A stretch of 64,000 nt of DNA, from the IMG/VR virus record IMGVR_UViG_3300031999_000011; one strand, given 5' to 3'. The translations under genes were made by a program, and so were the position numbers. The DNA comes from a virus. Its lineage: Duplodnaviria; Heunggongvirae; Uroviricota; Caudoviricetes. Below, piece by piece: positions 36,806-46,210 of this stretch. The notes under the pieces were generated by a model that did not search any database, was not told the DNA's origin, and saw only the letters and a program-made list of their open reading frames with translations. The stretch's first letter is position 1. Each line of letters opens with the position of its first letter.

Positions 36806-37408
36806 GTGTTTTTTGTGAGTCGTACACTATATAACTTAGTTTTATTTACATCTGAATCTGGCAATTTAGCTAAGTTTGTGGGTAATCATTTTAAGTCAAA
36901 TAATCCAATCTATATATCTCCAGATGACGATCTTGAAGTGGTATTTCATCATTTGGTGCATCTTTCAATTCGACGTAGATTAATTGGAATCTCTGTTGGT
37001 TATACTAAATTAATACCAAAAAATATTATCGATTTGTTTGAAGGTCAATTATTTAACACTCACCCAGGTGAATTACCGTTAACACGTGGATTATATGGTA
37101 TTACAGCAATTCAAAAAATGATTACTTCGTATAAATCACTAGGAAGAATAACCATTCATCGAGTTGATGAACATTATGATACTGGTAGTGTAATTGCAAC
37201 CATTACATTTCCATATTTAACAGAGTTAGTTGATATGCAACTATTATATGAACTTTCAAATAATAATGATAGTCCCATACCTAAAGATTATTTATATGAA
37301 TGGACAGTAGATTACTCAAGAATGTTAAAATTGATTGAACCAACATTCGTTGTTAAATTTATTGATAATTGCTTTAAAACTAAATTAAAAAGTCATATTA
37401 AAAAATAA
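36806..37408 (+). CDS. formyltransferase (PurN/Fmt N-terminal catalytic domain family)
   Basis: LVLFTSESGNLAKF (compare PurN LISGNGSNLQAI), FNTHPGELPLTRG (N.HPSLLP..RG), ITIHRVDEHYDTGSVIA (GVTIH.VDE.LDTGPII); GTG start. Confidence 0.7.
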   Translation: MFFVSRTLYNLVLFTSESGNLAKFVGNHFKSNNPIYISPDDDLEVVFHHLVHLSIRRRLIGISVGYTKLIPKNIIDLFEGQLFNTHPGELPLTRGLYGITAIQKMITSYKSLGRITIHRVDEHYDTGSVIATITFPYLTELVDMQLLYELSNNNDSPIPKDYLYEWTVDYSRMLKLIEPTFVVKFIDNCFKTKLKSHIKK

Positions 37409-37479
37409 ATTAAATAAAATTTTAGTTGATCAATTGTGCCATTTAGTATAAACTCATATTTTCTTAAAGGAGTTTAAAT

Positions 37480-38547
37480 ATGATAGAAGAACATTATAAA
37501 AGTTATACTGGGATTAGTAGAGATCATAGTGCGTCTATGAAACATCTTACTAAGTATGCTGCAATTGATTACAATAATCAAATTCAAGAAATTAAAGCTA
37601 ATGCAGAGGGTATAGACACTATAGTTAGTGTTGTTAAATGTGGCGTTGGTAGACAGGGTATTGTTGAACGAATTATAACTAATTCAAATGTTAATGTATT
37701 AAAGGAAATTACCACATCTGATTATGATGCTGATGGTTGGTCAACTCCATTATTTGATAGTATTGGTACATTGATCGAATTATTTGAAGCCGCACCTGAT
37801 GCAAATGAGGATACTGTTGCGTTCTTAGTTATGGCTATTACTGATGGTGAAGAAAATAGCTCAGTTAAATGGAAGCATACATTATTTCAAAAAATCCAAC
37901 AATTACAAGCGACTGATAAATGGACTTTTGTATTTCGTGTACCTAAAGGTTATGCGAAATCATTAACAAAATTTGGTATACATCCAGGTAATATTCTCGA
38001 ATGGGATCAAACAGAAGCAGGTTTTGTAAAAGCAACACAAGAAACAAGTACTGCACTAAGTGGGTACTATAATAATTTAAGATCCGGGGTTAGATCAACT
38101 GACCGGTTCTTTACTAATATTGCTGATGTTAGTCCTGATGAAATCAAAAAGAAATTACATGATATCACAAATCAAGTTAGTTTTTGGGTCGTAAGTGATT
38201 CAGAAGCGGGTGTTCAAATTCGTGATTTTTGTGAGTCACACTTACACGGTCAAAAAATGTTAAAAGGGGCTGGGTTTTATCAATTAGTAAAACCAGAAAA
38301 AGATATTCAAGACTACAAACAAATTATCATTCGTGATAAGTCATCCGGGTTAGTTTATACTGGCGATGCAGTTCGTGATATGTTAGGTTTACCAAATTAC
38401 GGACATATTAAAGTATCACCGGGCGATCATGGTCAATGGGATATATACATACAATCGACATCTGTAAATCGTAAGTTACCAGCTGAGACTTCTGTGTTAT
38501 ATTATGCAAATATAGGGAAACCATATCATGAAGGTAAGTCCGCTTAA
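37480..38547 (+). CDS. von Willebrand factor type A (vWA) domain protein
   Basis: MIDAS-like DHSAS (DxSxS) near the N-terminus; ITDGEEN (TDGxxN); Rossmann-like alternating pattern. Confidence 0.65.
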   Translation: MIEEHYKSYTGISRDHSASMKHLTKYAAIDYNNQIQEIKANAEGIDTIVSVVKCGVGRQGIVERIITNSNVNVLKEITTSDYDADGWSTPLFDSIGTLIELFEAAPDANEDTVAFLVMAITDGEENSSVKWKHTLFQKIQQLQATDKWTFVFRVPKGYAKSLTKFGIHPGNILEWDQTEAGFVKATQETSTALSGYYNNLRSGVRSTDRFFTNIADVSPDEIKKKLHDITNQVSFWVVSDSEAGVQIRDFCESHLHGQKMLKGAGFYQLVKPEKDIQDYKQIIIRDKSSGLVYTGDAVRDMLGLPNYGHIKVSPGDHGQWDIYIQSTSVNRKLPAETSVLYYANIGKPYHEGKSA

Positions 38548-38755
38548 TTTAAAAAAATCAACGGATGTAAACAAGATGAGAGTCTATATAAGACTAGCGT
38601 TCTCATCATTATTAATTTTATTAGATATAGGATGGTTATTACCTATCTTAATATCTAGTAAATCTGGATGTTTAGTTATGTTAGGTTTTGTTTTAGTAAT
38701 TTTAACAATTCCATTTGCATATTATGCATATCGGTGGAGTGTTAAAACAGATTAA
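38528..38755 (+). CDS. small two-TM membrane protein
   Basis: Hydrophobic LLILLDIGWLLPILI and VMLGFVLVILTIPFAYYAY (alternative start ATG 38575). Confidence 0.4.
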   Translation: MKVSPLNLKKSTDVNKMRVYIRLAFSSLLILLDIGWLLPILISSKSGCLVMLGFVLVILTIPFAYYAYRWSVKTD

Positions 38756-38810
38756 TGGTAATTTAATTATGTATTAAAATAATTAAAATAAAAATAAGGA
38801 TAGTTTAAAT

Positions 38811-39716
38811 ATGAATAAGGATAATTTAAGTATGAATATGAATAGTTTTGTCGGTTGGTTTATTGCTGCTGTTGTATTAGTTGGTGGATTGATATTTTGG
38901 TCAAATTGGGAAAAAGTTCCCGCTGGGTATGTTGGTGTAAAGGTGCATTTACTTGGATCTGATAAAGGTGTTGATACAGAAGAATTAGGTACAGGTAGAT
39001 ATTATATTGGAATGAATGATGAGTTGTATACATTTCCAACGTTTTCTCAAAATCAAATATGGACATTAAGTAAAAATGAAGGTAGTCCAAATGATGATTC
39101 ATTAACTTTTCAATCTGTAGAGGGGTTGGAAATTAATACAGATATTGGTATTACTTATAACGTTAAAGCAGATCACGCTACTAAAATATTTCAGAAATAT
39201 AGAAAAGGTATAGATGAAATTACCTCATTGTATTTAAGGAATATGGTAAGAGACGCGTTAGTAACTACAGCTTCTACTATGTCAATTGCTGATATTTATG
39301 GTGCTAAAAAAGCTGATCTTATGGCTAATACTATTGCCTCTGTTAGAGATCAGACAAAAGATATTGGTATCAATATTGAAAAAATATATTGGATAGGTAA
39401 AATGCGACTACCTACATCTGTTGAAACTGCTATTAATGATAAAGTCAATGCATCACAAAAAACTGTTCAACGAGAAAACGAAGTAGCTCAAGCAAAAGCA
39501 GAAGCAAATAAAGTAATTGAAGCTGCAAGAGGTGAGGCGCAATCTAAATTATTAATTGCACAAGCAGAAGCTCAAGCAATTACAATTAAAGGAAAAGCAC
39601 TTAATGATAGCCCTAAAATTATTGAATTAAATGCTGTAGAAAAATGGAATGGTACATTACCAGTTTATACAATGGGTACATCGACTCCATTTATTAATCT
39701 TGGTGAGATTAAATAA
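38811..39716 (+). CDS. SPFH/band-7 (prohibitin/stomatin/HflK-like) membrane protein
   Basis: N-terminal TM; band-7 core; C-terminal Ala/Glu/Gln-rich helix EVAQAKAEANKVIEAARGEAQSKLLIAQAEAQAI typical of the family. Confidence 0.75.
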   Translation: MNKDNLSMNMNSFVGWFIAAVVLVGGLIFWSNWEKVPAGYVGVKVHLLGSDKGVDTEELGTGRYYIGMNDELYTFPTFSQNQIWTLSKNEGSPNDDSLTFQSVEGLEINTDIGITYNVKADHATKIFQKYRKGIDEITSLYLRNMVRDALVTTASTMSIADIYGAKKADLMANTIASVRDQTKDIGINIEKIYWIGKMRLPTSVETAINDKVNASQKTVQRENEVAQAKAEANKVIEAARGEAQSKLLIAQAEAQAITIKGKALNDSPKIIELNAVEKWNGTLPVYTMGTSTPFINLGEIK

Positions 39717-39768
39717 TTATTGTAATAATCTGATAAATAATAATATTACTATTGGAAATAAATATAAT

Positions 39769-40356
39769 ATGAAATTAAAAGAAATTATATATAATCAAAT
39801 ATTACAAGAAGTACGTCAACAAGATGTTATTTTTTCTTATGATGGTAGAGCTGTTGTTGATACATCACATGCGACTGCTCGTTTTCTTGAAAGAGTTCGT
39901 AATATATCATTTGATAAATTATGTGATTTATATACTCAAATGATTAAACGTGTCATTCACATGGATTCAACAAAAAGTGTACCAGCTGAAGAAATGTTGG
40001 TATATTCTAAAAAATTAGATCAAGCAGTGATTGTTGCATACAGGTATGATAGGTTTGATAGTCAAGATAATAATAAAAATTTTTACATTATGACGTATTT
40101 ACCAAGAGGTAAGAAAACACCAAGAGCGGGTACTACTGCGTTAATAGTTGAAGCGCATAATGATCATCTATTGAACTGTTCGCCGGAGTTAATGACGTAC
40201 TTATCAAATATTGTACAAAATAGAAGAATAAAGTTGAATGAAGACACTGTGAATTACGATTATATACCAGTTGTGTTAGCAAACGGATTAGATTACAAAA
40301 TTATATTACATGAAAATAAAATATATGACGTAAATCTTGAAATACTTGAATTTTAA
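39769..40356 (+). CDS. hypothetical protein
   Basis: ORF starting MKLKEIIYNQ (the longer track ORF overlaps the upstream gene). Confidence 0.5.
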   Translation: MKLKEIIYNQILQEVRQQDVIFSYDGRAVVDTSHATARFLERVRNISFDKLCDLYTQMIKRVIHMDSTKSVPAEEMLVYSKKLDQAVIVAYRYDRFDSQDNNKNFYIMTYLPRGKKTPRAGTTALIVEAHNDHLLNCSPELMTYLSNIVQNRRIKLNEDTVNYDYIPVVLANGLDYKIILHENKIYDVNLEILEF

Positions 40357-40371
40357 CTTAAAAGAGAGAAT

Positions 40372-40746
40372 ATGAAAACTACAATTGCAATATTAATAAT
40401 AGTAGGGTTGACAGGATGTGCAATACTTACATTTGATCCTGTTGAATATGATAGGTATATCACATTAAAAATGACAGCTGATGCTGCTATTCCAGAATGT
40501 GGTACCGATAAAATTAATAATAGTGTAATACAGTTAAGTGATTTAATCGCACATCAATATGTATCAACATCAAATAGAAGCGGTCGTGTACAAATAACAA
40601 CAGCAACTACTGAAATGGCTTCTTTGATTTCACAACTACAAATAAGGTATAAAGAAGGAACCCCTTCTATTGGATACTGTCAAGAAAAATTAAAAAATAT
40701 TTCTTCAGGTGCCACAACAATTTTACACACCTTGGGACAAATGTAA
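40372..40746 (+). CDS. lipoprotein
   Basis: Lipobox IVGLTGCA. Confidence 0.5.
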   Translation: MKTTIAILIIVGLTGCAILTFDPVEYDRYITLKMTADAAIPECGTDKINNSVIQLSDLIAHQYVSTSNRSGRVQITTATTEMASLISQLQIRYKEGTPSIGYCQEKLKNISSGATTILHTLGQM

Positions 40747-40749
40747 ATT

Positions 40750-41007
40750 ATGGATAAGAATGCAGACGTAAAAGAGCTTTTAAACTCACCTATCCCAGAA
40801 GTAGTAACAGCTGCACAACACGCTATTACACTTAATGAAAGATTTGCTCGTAAAGAAATTTCATTATCAGAATATAATGAATTAATTGATGATATAGCAA
40901 GATTAGATAGAATTGATACTGCTATGTTTAAAGAAGATGTTTATGTAGCTGTTAATAAAGCGTATAAAATAATTTTAGCTTTAAAAACCTTTGCTCCAAT
41001 GATATAA
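40750..41007 (+). CDS. hypothetical protein
   Basis: 85-aa ORF. Confidence 0.45.
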   Translation: MDKNADVKELLNSPIPEVVTAAQHAITLNERFARKEISLSEYNELIDDIARLDRIDTAMFKEDVYVAVNKAYKIILALKTFAPMI

Positions 41008-41026
41008 AAATTACTTGTGTTGTTAA

Positions 41027-41067
41027 AAACCCTTCTATTTATTTTATAAATAGAAGGGTTTTTATTG
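41027..41067. terminator. strong bidirectional rho-independent terminator
   Basis: AACCCTTCTATTTAT-ttt-ATAAATAGAAGGGTT perfect 15-bp stem flanked by A-run and T-run. Confidence 0.7.
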
Positions 41068-41081
41068 CATATTAATGTTTA

Positions 41082-41459
41082 TTGAATTATAATTTTATTT
41101 ATTTAAATTATATTTTTATGCAAAACATAAATGAAATAGATATAATAACTCAACTCGATGTATTCATATTAAGTAACATTCGCACCGCATGGTTAGAGAA
41201 CAAATACATGAAAGTGTATGTTCGAAAAGCGTTTCATAATATTGATGGAGTATGTGAGTGCACATTTGACGTTGCTAATGTGACTGTGTTTACCAAATAT
41301 CAAAAACGTGGTCATTTTAAAAATTTAATGCAACATGTTGAAACGTTAGGACGAAGTATATATGTTGAAAGCATAAATAATCCTGATTTAAAAAGTATGT
41401 TAATTAAAAACGGTTATACTATAGATTATACAGGATATAATGCATACAAGAAAGTTTAA
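41082..41459 (+). CDS. hypothetical protein
   Basis: 125-aa ORF. Confidence 0.45.
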   Translation: MNYNFIYLNYIFMQNINEIDIITQLDVFILSNIRTAWLENKYMKVYVRKAFHNIDGVCECTFDVANVTVFTKYQKRGHFKNLMQHVETLGRSIYVESINNPDLKSMLIKNGYTIDYTGYNAYKKV

Positions 41460-41540
41460 TATACTATTATTGTGCTGGTATAATTTATGATGATAATAAG
41501 TATGAAGTGAATTTAATTTTAACCTTAAATAAAAAATTAT

Positions 41541-43100
41541 ATGAAAACATTTAATATATCAATCATAACGGCATTCATTGTAATGATGATTGTGTCAATA
41601 ACAGTCGATGCTAAACCAAGTAGTTTTGGAGGTAGAAGTAGTGGGTCAGGTTCCTCAAGTTCCTCAACATCTCGGAGTTATTCCTCACCCGGTACTACTT
41701 ATTCAAGAAGTACCGGGTCAAGTGCTTCAAGTTCTTCAAGTAATCGTGCTTTATTTGGTGGGCGGTCAACATCAACAGCAATATTTACTGGAACAGCAGC
41801 AACAGCTGCAGCCTCAAATAGTAATCCGAAACCGATTGTTGTAACACGTGATAAACAATTAAGCAATATTGGTAATAAAGGAGCCACAGGGTCAGCTGCA
41901 GGTTTATTATATAAAGACTTTCAAACTAAATCTAAACCTGTATCTCCACAAGTAGTATTATCCCCAACCGATGTAAATCGAGTGTTTAGTCCACAATATC
42001 GTACTGAACGTAGACAAACGTATTATGAAGGGTATATACCACATAGATCTACACATATGCCGTCAACAAGTAATTATGGTCCTTGGGATGCATTAATGTT
42101 TGCTGCATTGTTAGATAATCTCGGTGATAGACAAATGTATTATAATCATCAAGATGAGCCCGGATTTCAACAGTGGAGAACTGATGCAAATCTTGCATGT
42201 CAAAAAGGAGATAAAGATGTTTGTGATAAGTTAGTAGATTTAGATCGGGAAATGGTTGAATATAAAAATAAAGGTATTAAGCCTAATCCGAGTTATATAA
42301 CTCCGGGAATTGATTCGAGCATTTATACTGCACAAAATATTGATACTAGCGGCCTCGTTCCAATTCGAATATGTTCTGGTTCTGTCGCATCTGATTATTC
42401 TAGATTTACTAGTCAGATTACAAAATTTACAAAAGTAAAAACTAATACAATAGTTTCAAATGGATCTGCAGATAATATCGCAGAAATGGCAAACGGGTTA
42501 TGTGATATGTCGTTTGTACAAGACGATGTTGCGAATACTACTCCCAATTTAGTTAAAGTAATGACGTTAAATCAGTTGGAAATTGTAGGGTTAGCATGCA
42601 CTACATCATATGAAAAGCTTAAAGACGTACCTGCTAATACTACAGTTTATGTAGGATCTGATCAAACTGGTAGCTTATTTACATATAATCAATTGGTGGC
42701 AAAAATACCAAGTTTGGCTAAGTTGAAATTAGATACAAGTAAAACAAGTCTACAAGCTGCAAATGATGTTGTAAGTGCAGGTGGTTGTGTATTTAGTGTA
42801 TCAACACCTGAATCTCCGTTATTTAAAGCAATAGATGCAACCGGTAAGATGAAGTTAGTACCGATCAATGCTGAAGACTTTGCTGATGGTAAACCCTCGT
42901 ATCAAATGGTTATAGTAATGGATTCTCATTATAAGAATTTAATTAACGATAAATTCAAAGGATTTGGTACAAATAGAGGTACAGATACGTTAGCTGTTAA
43001 AACAAGTTTAATTACTCCTCAATCTTGGATTGATAGTAACAAAACAGCGTTTGATATATTAATGCTGAATAGTACTGCATTAAAAGAATCAGTTCAATAA
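41541..43100 (+). CDS. membrane-anchored Ser-rich protein with C-terminal periplasmic substrate-binding-like domain (TAXI/TRAP-SBP-like)
   Basis: N-terminal TM, ~100-aa S/T/G-rich linker, then VSNGSADNIAEMANGLCDMSFVQDDVA resembling the TAXI motif qStGgS.eN...sGe.DlafvQsDva. Confidence 0.5.
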   Translation: MKTFNISIITAFIVMMIVSITVDAKPSSFGGRSSGSGSSSSSTSRSYSSPGTTYSRSTGSSASSSSSNRALFGGRSTSTAIFTGTAATAAASNSNPKPIVVTRDKQLSNIGNKGATGSAAGLLYKDFQTKSKPVSPQVVLSPTDVNRVFSPQYRTERRQTYYEGYIPHRSTHMPSTSNYGPWDALMFAALLDNLGDRQMYYNHQDEPGFQQWRTDANLACQKGDKDVCDKLVDLDREMVEYKNKGIKPNPSYITPGIDSSIYTAQNIDTSGLVPIRICSGSVASDYSRFTSQITKFTKVKTNTIVSNGSADNIAEMANGLCDMSFVQDDVANTTPNLVKVMTLNQLEIVGLACTTSYEKLKDVPANTTVYVGSDQTGSLFTYNQLVAKIPSLAKLKLDTSKTSLQAANDVVSAGGCVFSVSTPESPLFKAIDATGKMKLVPINAEDFADGKPSYQMVIVMDSHYKNLINDKFKGFGTNRGTDTLAVKTSLITPQSWIDSNKTAFDILMLNSTALKESVQ

Positions 43101-43116
43101 TAAATTAGGGGGTATA

Positions 43117-43812
43117 ATGATTTTTGGTATAGTAGTTATATGTGTAATAATTGGAATAATAGGATTTTATGTTTATAGAACATGGTTCTATGTTCCCAAA
43201 TCAACAATTAACTCAGATGGAGTAGATGTGAGTCAACATAGAGGTCAGATTTTCGATCACACTATGGTTAATGCAATACACCGTAGTAAATATTTTCCGG
43301 ATGATTTATATATTGGTCGCATGGCAAAATTAGATCCATCGTTAAAGGTGATGTTTAAAAATGTATTATTCGGTTTTCCAATTGACCCATTAATTGTAAA
43401 TAAGTTTTTATATTTTGATATTGATGGTAATCCTTTTGAAGAAGTTCAATTTGATAAAATTGGAGTTAAAGATTACATATTATTGTATGATACAACTGAA
43501 AAAGTTATTTACTTTTTAAATAAGTTGATGACGATTGGTATACCTGAAGGTGAGCAACCTGCTATGGTAACTGATGATGTTATTGTACTTGAAGAAGCTG
43601 GTGAAAAATATACATATAATGATTTCTCAGGCTTAATCAAAGTTAGGGTTACATCTGCAGGTGATAGTGCGTTTGATAGATTGATTCGTGTATATCAGCG
43701 TGAAATCACACCTGATGACAATGAGTATTGTATAATGATGATGAATACACCAGGTGTAGTAAGTATTTACATCGGATTCAACATCGGTATTATACAGTTA
43801 GAAATAATTTAA
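43117..43812 (+). CDS. membrane-anchored hypothetical protein
   Basis: N-terminal TM MIFGIVVICVIIGIIGFYVY. Confidence 0.5.
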   Translation: MIFGIVVICVIIGIIGFYVYRTWFYVPKSTINSDGVDVSQHRGQIFDHTMVNAIHRSKYFPDDLYIGRMAKLDPSLKVMFKNVLFGFPIDPLIVNKFLYFDIDGNPFEEVQFDKIGVKDYILLYDTTEKVIYFLNKLMTIGIPEGEQPAMVTDDVIVLEEAGEKYTYNDFSGLIKVRVTSAGDSAFDRLIRVYQREITPDDNEYCIMMMNTPGVVSIYIGFNIGIIQLEII

Positions 43813-43879
43813 AACATCGGTTGATTTTAGCCACAATATAGTATATAATATAAATTTTAATTAATAGTAGGTAATAAAT

Positions 43880-44635
43880 ATGAGTTTAAACTTTTTTAAG
43901 CATTTCGTTGGTGTTAAAGCTGGTCAAGCAGATGAAGCATTGGTCAATTTTGCAGCCAATATTGATCCAGAAGCCGTCAGTGAAGTTGCTGTTAAACAGA
44001 TGGAAGAAAAACACGCTGAATACGTGAAGCAATTGGCAGCTGCTCAGACTGACTTCAAACGTGAAAAACAAGATTATCTTGACATTAAAGTTGTATATGA
44101 TAAAAAAATGAATGGTGCTGAACGCGCACAGGCAGATTTGGATAAAGATCCGAATAATACTGAAGCAGCAGCTGCATTATCTGAGTTATTGGATAGCATT
44201 GAAAAAATGATGCCCAAATTGGAAAAAGAAGAACGTGAATACAAAGATGCTGAGCGTTTGATGCATGAACTCGATACTGCCTCAAATGAAGTAGCACAAG
44301 AGTTGTTACAGTTACGTGAAATTTTAAACCAATCTAAAGCTGATTTGAAGACTGCACAAGTCGACGCTGAACGTCAAAAGCAAAATTTGGAAAAAGCGAA
44401 AGTGTTAGCCGGTTTGAAAACATCTGGTGATAAATTTGATGCTGCAAAAAACGCATTACAAAAACGCGTTGAACAAACACAACAAGCAGCTAATGAAAGC
44501 CGAATTGCTGCTGAACAATTACGTAAACCTGTTGTAACTGTTTCTGCCGCTGCAAGCAAATATTTGGATGATGCACCTGCGGCATCAACCGAAACATTGC
44601 AAGAACGTATGGCTCGATTAAAAGCAAAAGTTTAA
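43880..44635 (+). CDS. PspA/IM30 (phage-shock protein A / Vipp1)-like coiled-coil protein
   Basis: NIDPEAVSEVAVKQMEE (compare PspA EDPEKMLEQAIRDMEE) and ~230 aa of continuous heptad coiled coil; locally elevated G+C. Confidence 0.5.
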   Translation: MSLNFFKHFVGVKAGQADEALVNFAANIDPEAVSEVAVKQMEEKHAEYVKQLAAAQTDFKREKQDYLDIKVVYDKKMNGAERAQADLDKDPNNTEAAAALSELLDSIEKMMPKLEKEEREYKDAERLMHELDTASNEVAQELLQLREILNQSKADLKTAQVDAERQKQNLEKAKVLAGLKTSGDKFDAAKNALQKRVEQTQQAANESRIAAEQLRKPVVTVSAAASKYLDDAPAASTETLQERMARLKAKV

Positions 44636-44657
44636 ACCTACTTCTCCTGGTTGGGTA

Positions 44658-44698
44658 AACCATATCTGTGAAACATCAGATGTGGTTTTACTTTTTAT
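44658..44698 (+). terminator. rho-independent terminator
   Basis: AACCATATCTG ... CAGATGTGGTT 11-bp stem (one G-U) followed by TTTACTTTTTAT. Confidence 0.6.
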
Positions 44699-44710
44699 AA
44701 ACAGCGTAAT

Positions 44711-45445
44711 ATGAAAAAACCTATTTTATATCTTGAAGCATTAACTACTAATAAACAACGATTAGCTTTTGATTTTTGTTATTCTGCAAAAATGGGTGCT
44801 GAACAATGTGGTATTAAAGTAAAAGCGTTTCAAAATATTTCAGATGTATCAAATGATCCTACTAATATTGTAGTTGGTTCTGTTGAAACATGTTCACTTT
44901 GGCTTCAAAATGCAGGATTTCAAATACCAAATGCTGTTGATATATCATTATTTCAAGAGTTTTTAGGTAGAAATATTACTGTTATTGATATTCAAGATGT
45001 TAAATTTCCTTCTTTTATTAAACCGTATTCCAAAATTAAAGCGTTTACTGGATTTGTAGCTATTGATAAATTATACGTTAGTATATTTTCAGAAAACTAC
45101 AAAGGGTTAGTTTGGTCACAAGATGTAGTTGAAATTATAAGTGAATATCGGTTGTATATTAATTGTCATAAAATTATTGGAATGAAGCATTGTCGTGGTG
45201 ATTGTTTATCATTTCCTGATGTTAATTTTATTAAAATATGTGTTAATAAATCAATAAAGATACTTGATTATCATGCATATACATTAGATTTTGGTGTACT
45301 TGAAGATGGTAGTACTATATTAATTGAAATTAATGATGGGTTTGCAATTGGTAATTATGGGTTAGAACCTCTTGATTATTATTACTTTATTCGAAATAGG
45401 TGGCTTCAACTAACAGGTATACGCCATCGAATGGAAGGTTTGTAG
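44711..45445 (+). CDS. possible ATP-grasp-fold protein
   Basis: FIKP...K.FTGFV, EYRLYI, ILIEINDGFAIGNYGL arrangement typical of ATP-grasp central and C-terminal subdomains; weak. Confidence 0.45.
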   Translation: MKKPILYLEALTTNKQRLAFDFCYSAKMGAEQCGIKVKAFQNISDVSNDPTNIVVGSVETCSLWLQNAGFQIPNAVDISLFQEFLGRNITVIDIQDVKFPSFIKPYSKIKAFTGFVAIDKLYVSIFSENYKGLVWSQDVVEIISEYRLYINCHKIIGMKHCRGDCLSFPDVNFIKICVNKSIKILDYHAYTLDFGVLEDGSTILIEINDGFAIGNYGLEPLDYYYFIRNRWLQLTGIRHRMEGL

Positions 45446-45508
45446 ATAAGTAATTTTTGCAATTACCGGTTAAATGTATTATAATGTATTTTTGATAAGA
45501 GTCTAAAA

Positions 45509-45751
45509 ATGGCTGGATATGGTAGTGTAGATGATGCATGGCAATGTGCAGAAGATGTTCGTGAAAATCAAATTGAATTATGTAAATTATTAATACCAAG
45601 TGGTGATAGTTTACATAATTGTATTAAATGCGGTGAAGTTATACCGGAAACAAGACGAATAGTTTTACCTGGTGTTAAAACTTGTATATTATGTCAAAAA
45701 ACCGTCGATATGCATAGGCCTAAGATTAAAGTGATGAGATATATACTTTAA
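45509..45751 (+). CDS. DksA/TraR-family C4 zinc-finger protein
   Basis: CIKCGEVIPETRR...LPGVKTCILCQ (CxxC-17-CxxC) with N-terminal acidic helix. Confidence 0.6.
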   Translation: MAGYGSVDDAWQCAEDVRENQIELCKLLIPSGDSLHNCIKCGEVIPETRRIVLPGVKTCILCQKTVDMHRPKIKVMRYIL

Positions 45752-45851
45752 CATTATCATTGCATCTCCCTAAGAGACTTAAGAGGAAACATGCAAATAT
45801 ATAAGTTTTTATTTTAGTAGGTGTAATAATAGCAATATTTATAAATGTGAT

Positions 45852-45860
45852 TGGTATAAT
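45852..45860 (+). promoter_or_regulatory. extended -10 promoter element TGGTATAAT
   Basis: Perfect TGnTATAAT in a 730-bp AT-rich non-coding region. Confidence 0.3.
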
Positions 45861-46029
45861 TGAGAGGATAAAAAGTTATACAATACACGAAATAATTAGT
45901 GTATTATTGATGTAATTAGGTATTAATAATTGGGCGTTATTACAAATATATTTATTATACATAATAGCGGTTGGTTTAAAGGTTGTTATTATAACAGTCT
46001 TTAAGTTTTATATACATCAATATTTACAT

Positions 46030-46038
46030 TGGTATAAT
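46030..46038 (+). promoter_or_regulatory. extended -10 promoter element TGGTATAAT (second copy)
   Basis: Perfect TGnTATAAT; same flanking ATTGGTATAATT as the first copy. Confidence 0.3.
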
Positions 46039-46039
46039 T

Positions 46040-46210
46040 ATGAGCGAACAAATTAATATACACGAAAATGAGTTTAACATACACATATATATGTACTGGA
46101 TAGCTATATTATCAACTCTGATAATGTTTGGGTTATTATACATATACTACAATCATATAACTATAGTTGATATACATACATTTATATCAACTATATTAGA
46201 TCATGATTAA
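46040..46210 (+). CDS. possible small membrane peptide (56 aa)
   Basis: ORF immediately after the second TGGTATAAT; hydrophobic WIAILSTLIMFGLLYIYY; no clear SD. Confidence 0.25.
   Translation: MSEQINIHENEFNIHIYMYWIAILSTLIMFGLLYIYYNHITIVDIHTFISTILDHD

Noticed and set aside
36806-37408. Methionyl-tRNA formyltransferase (Fmt) assignment for the first PurN-like ORF
   Set aside because: The ORF is only ~200 aa and lacks the Fmt C-terminal tRNA-binding domain. It is kept as a generic PurN/Fmt catalytic-domain formyltransferase.
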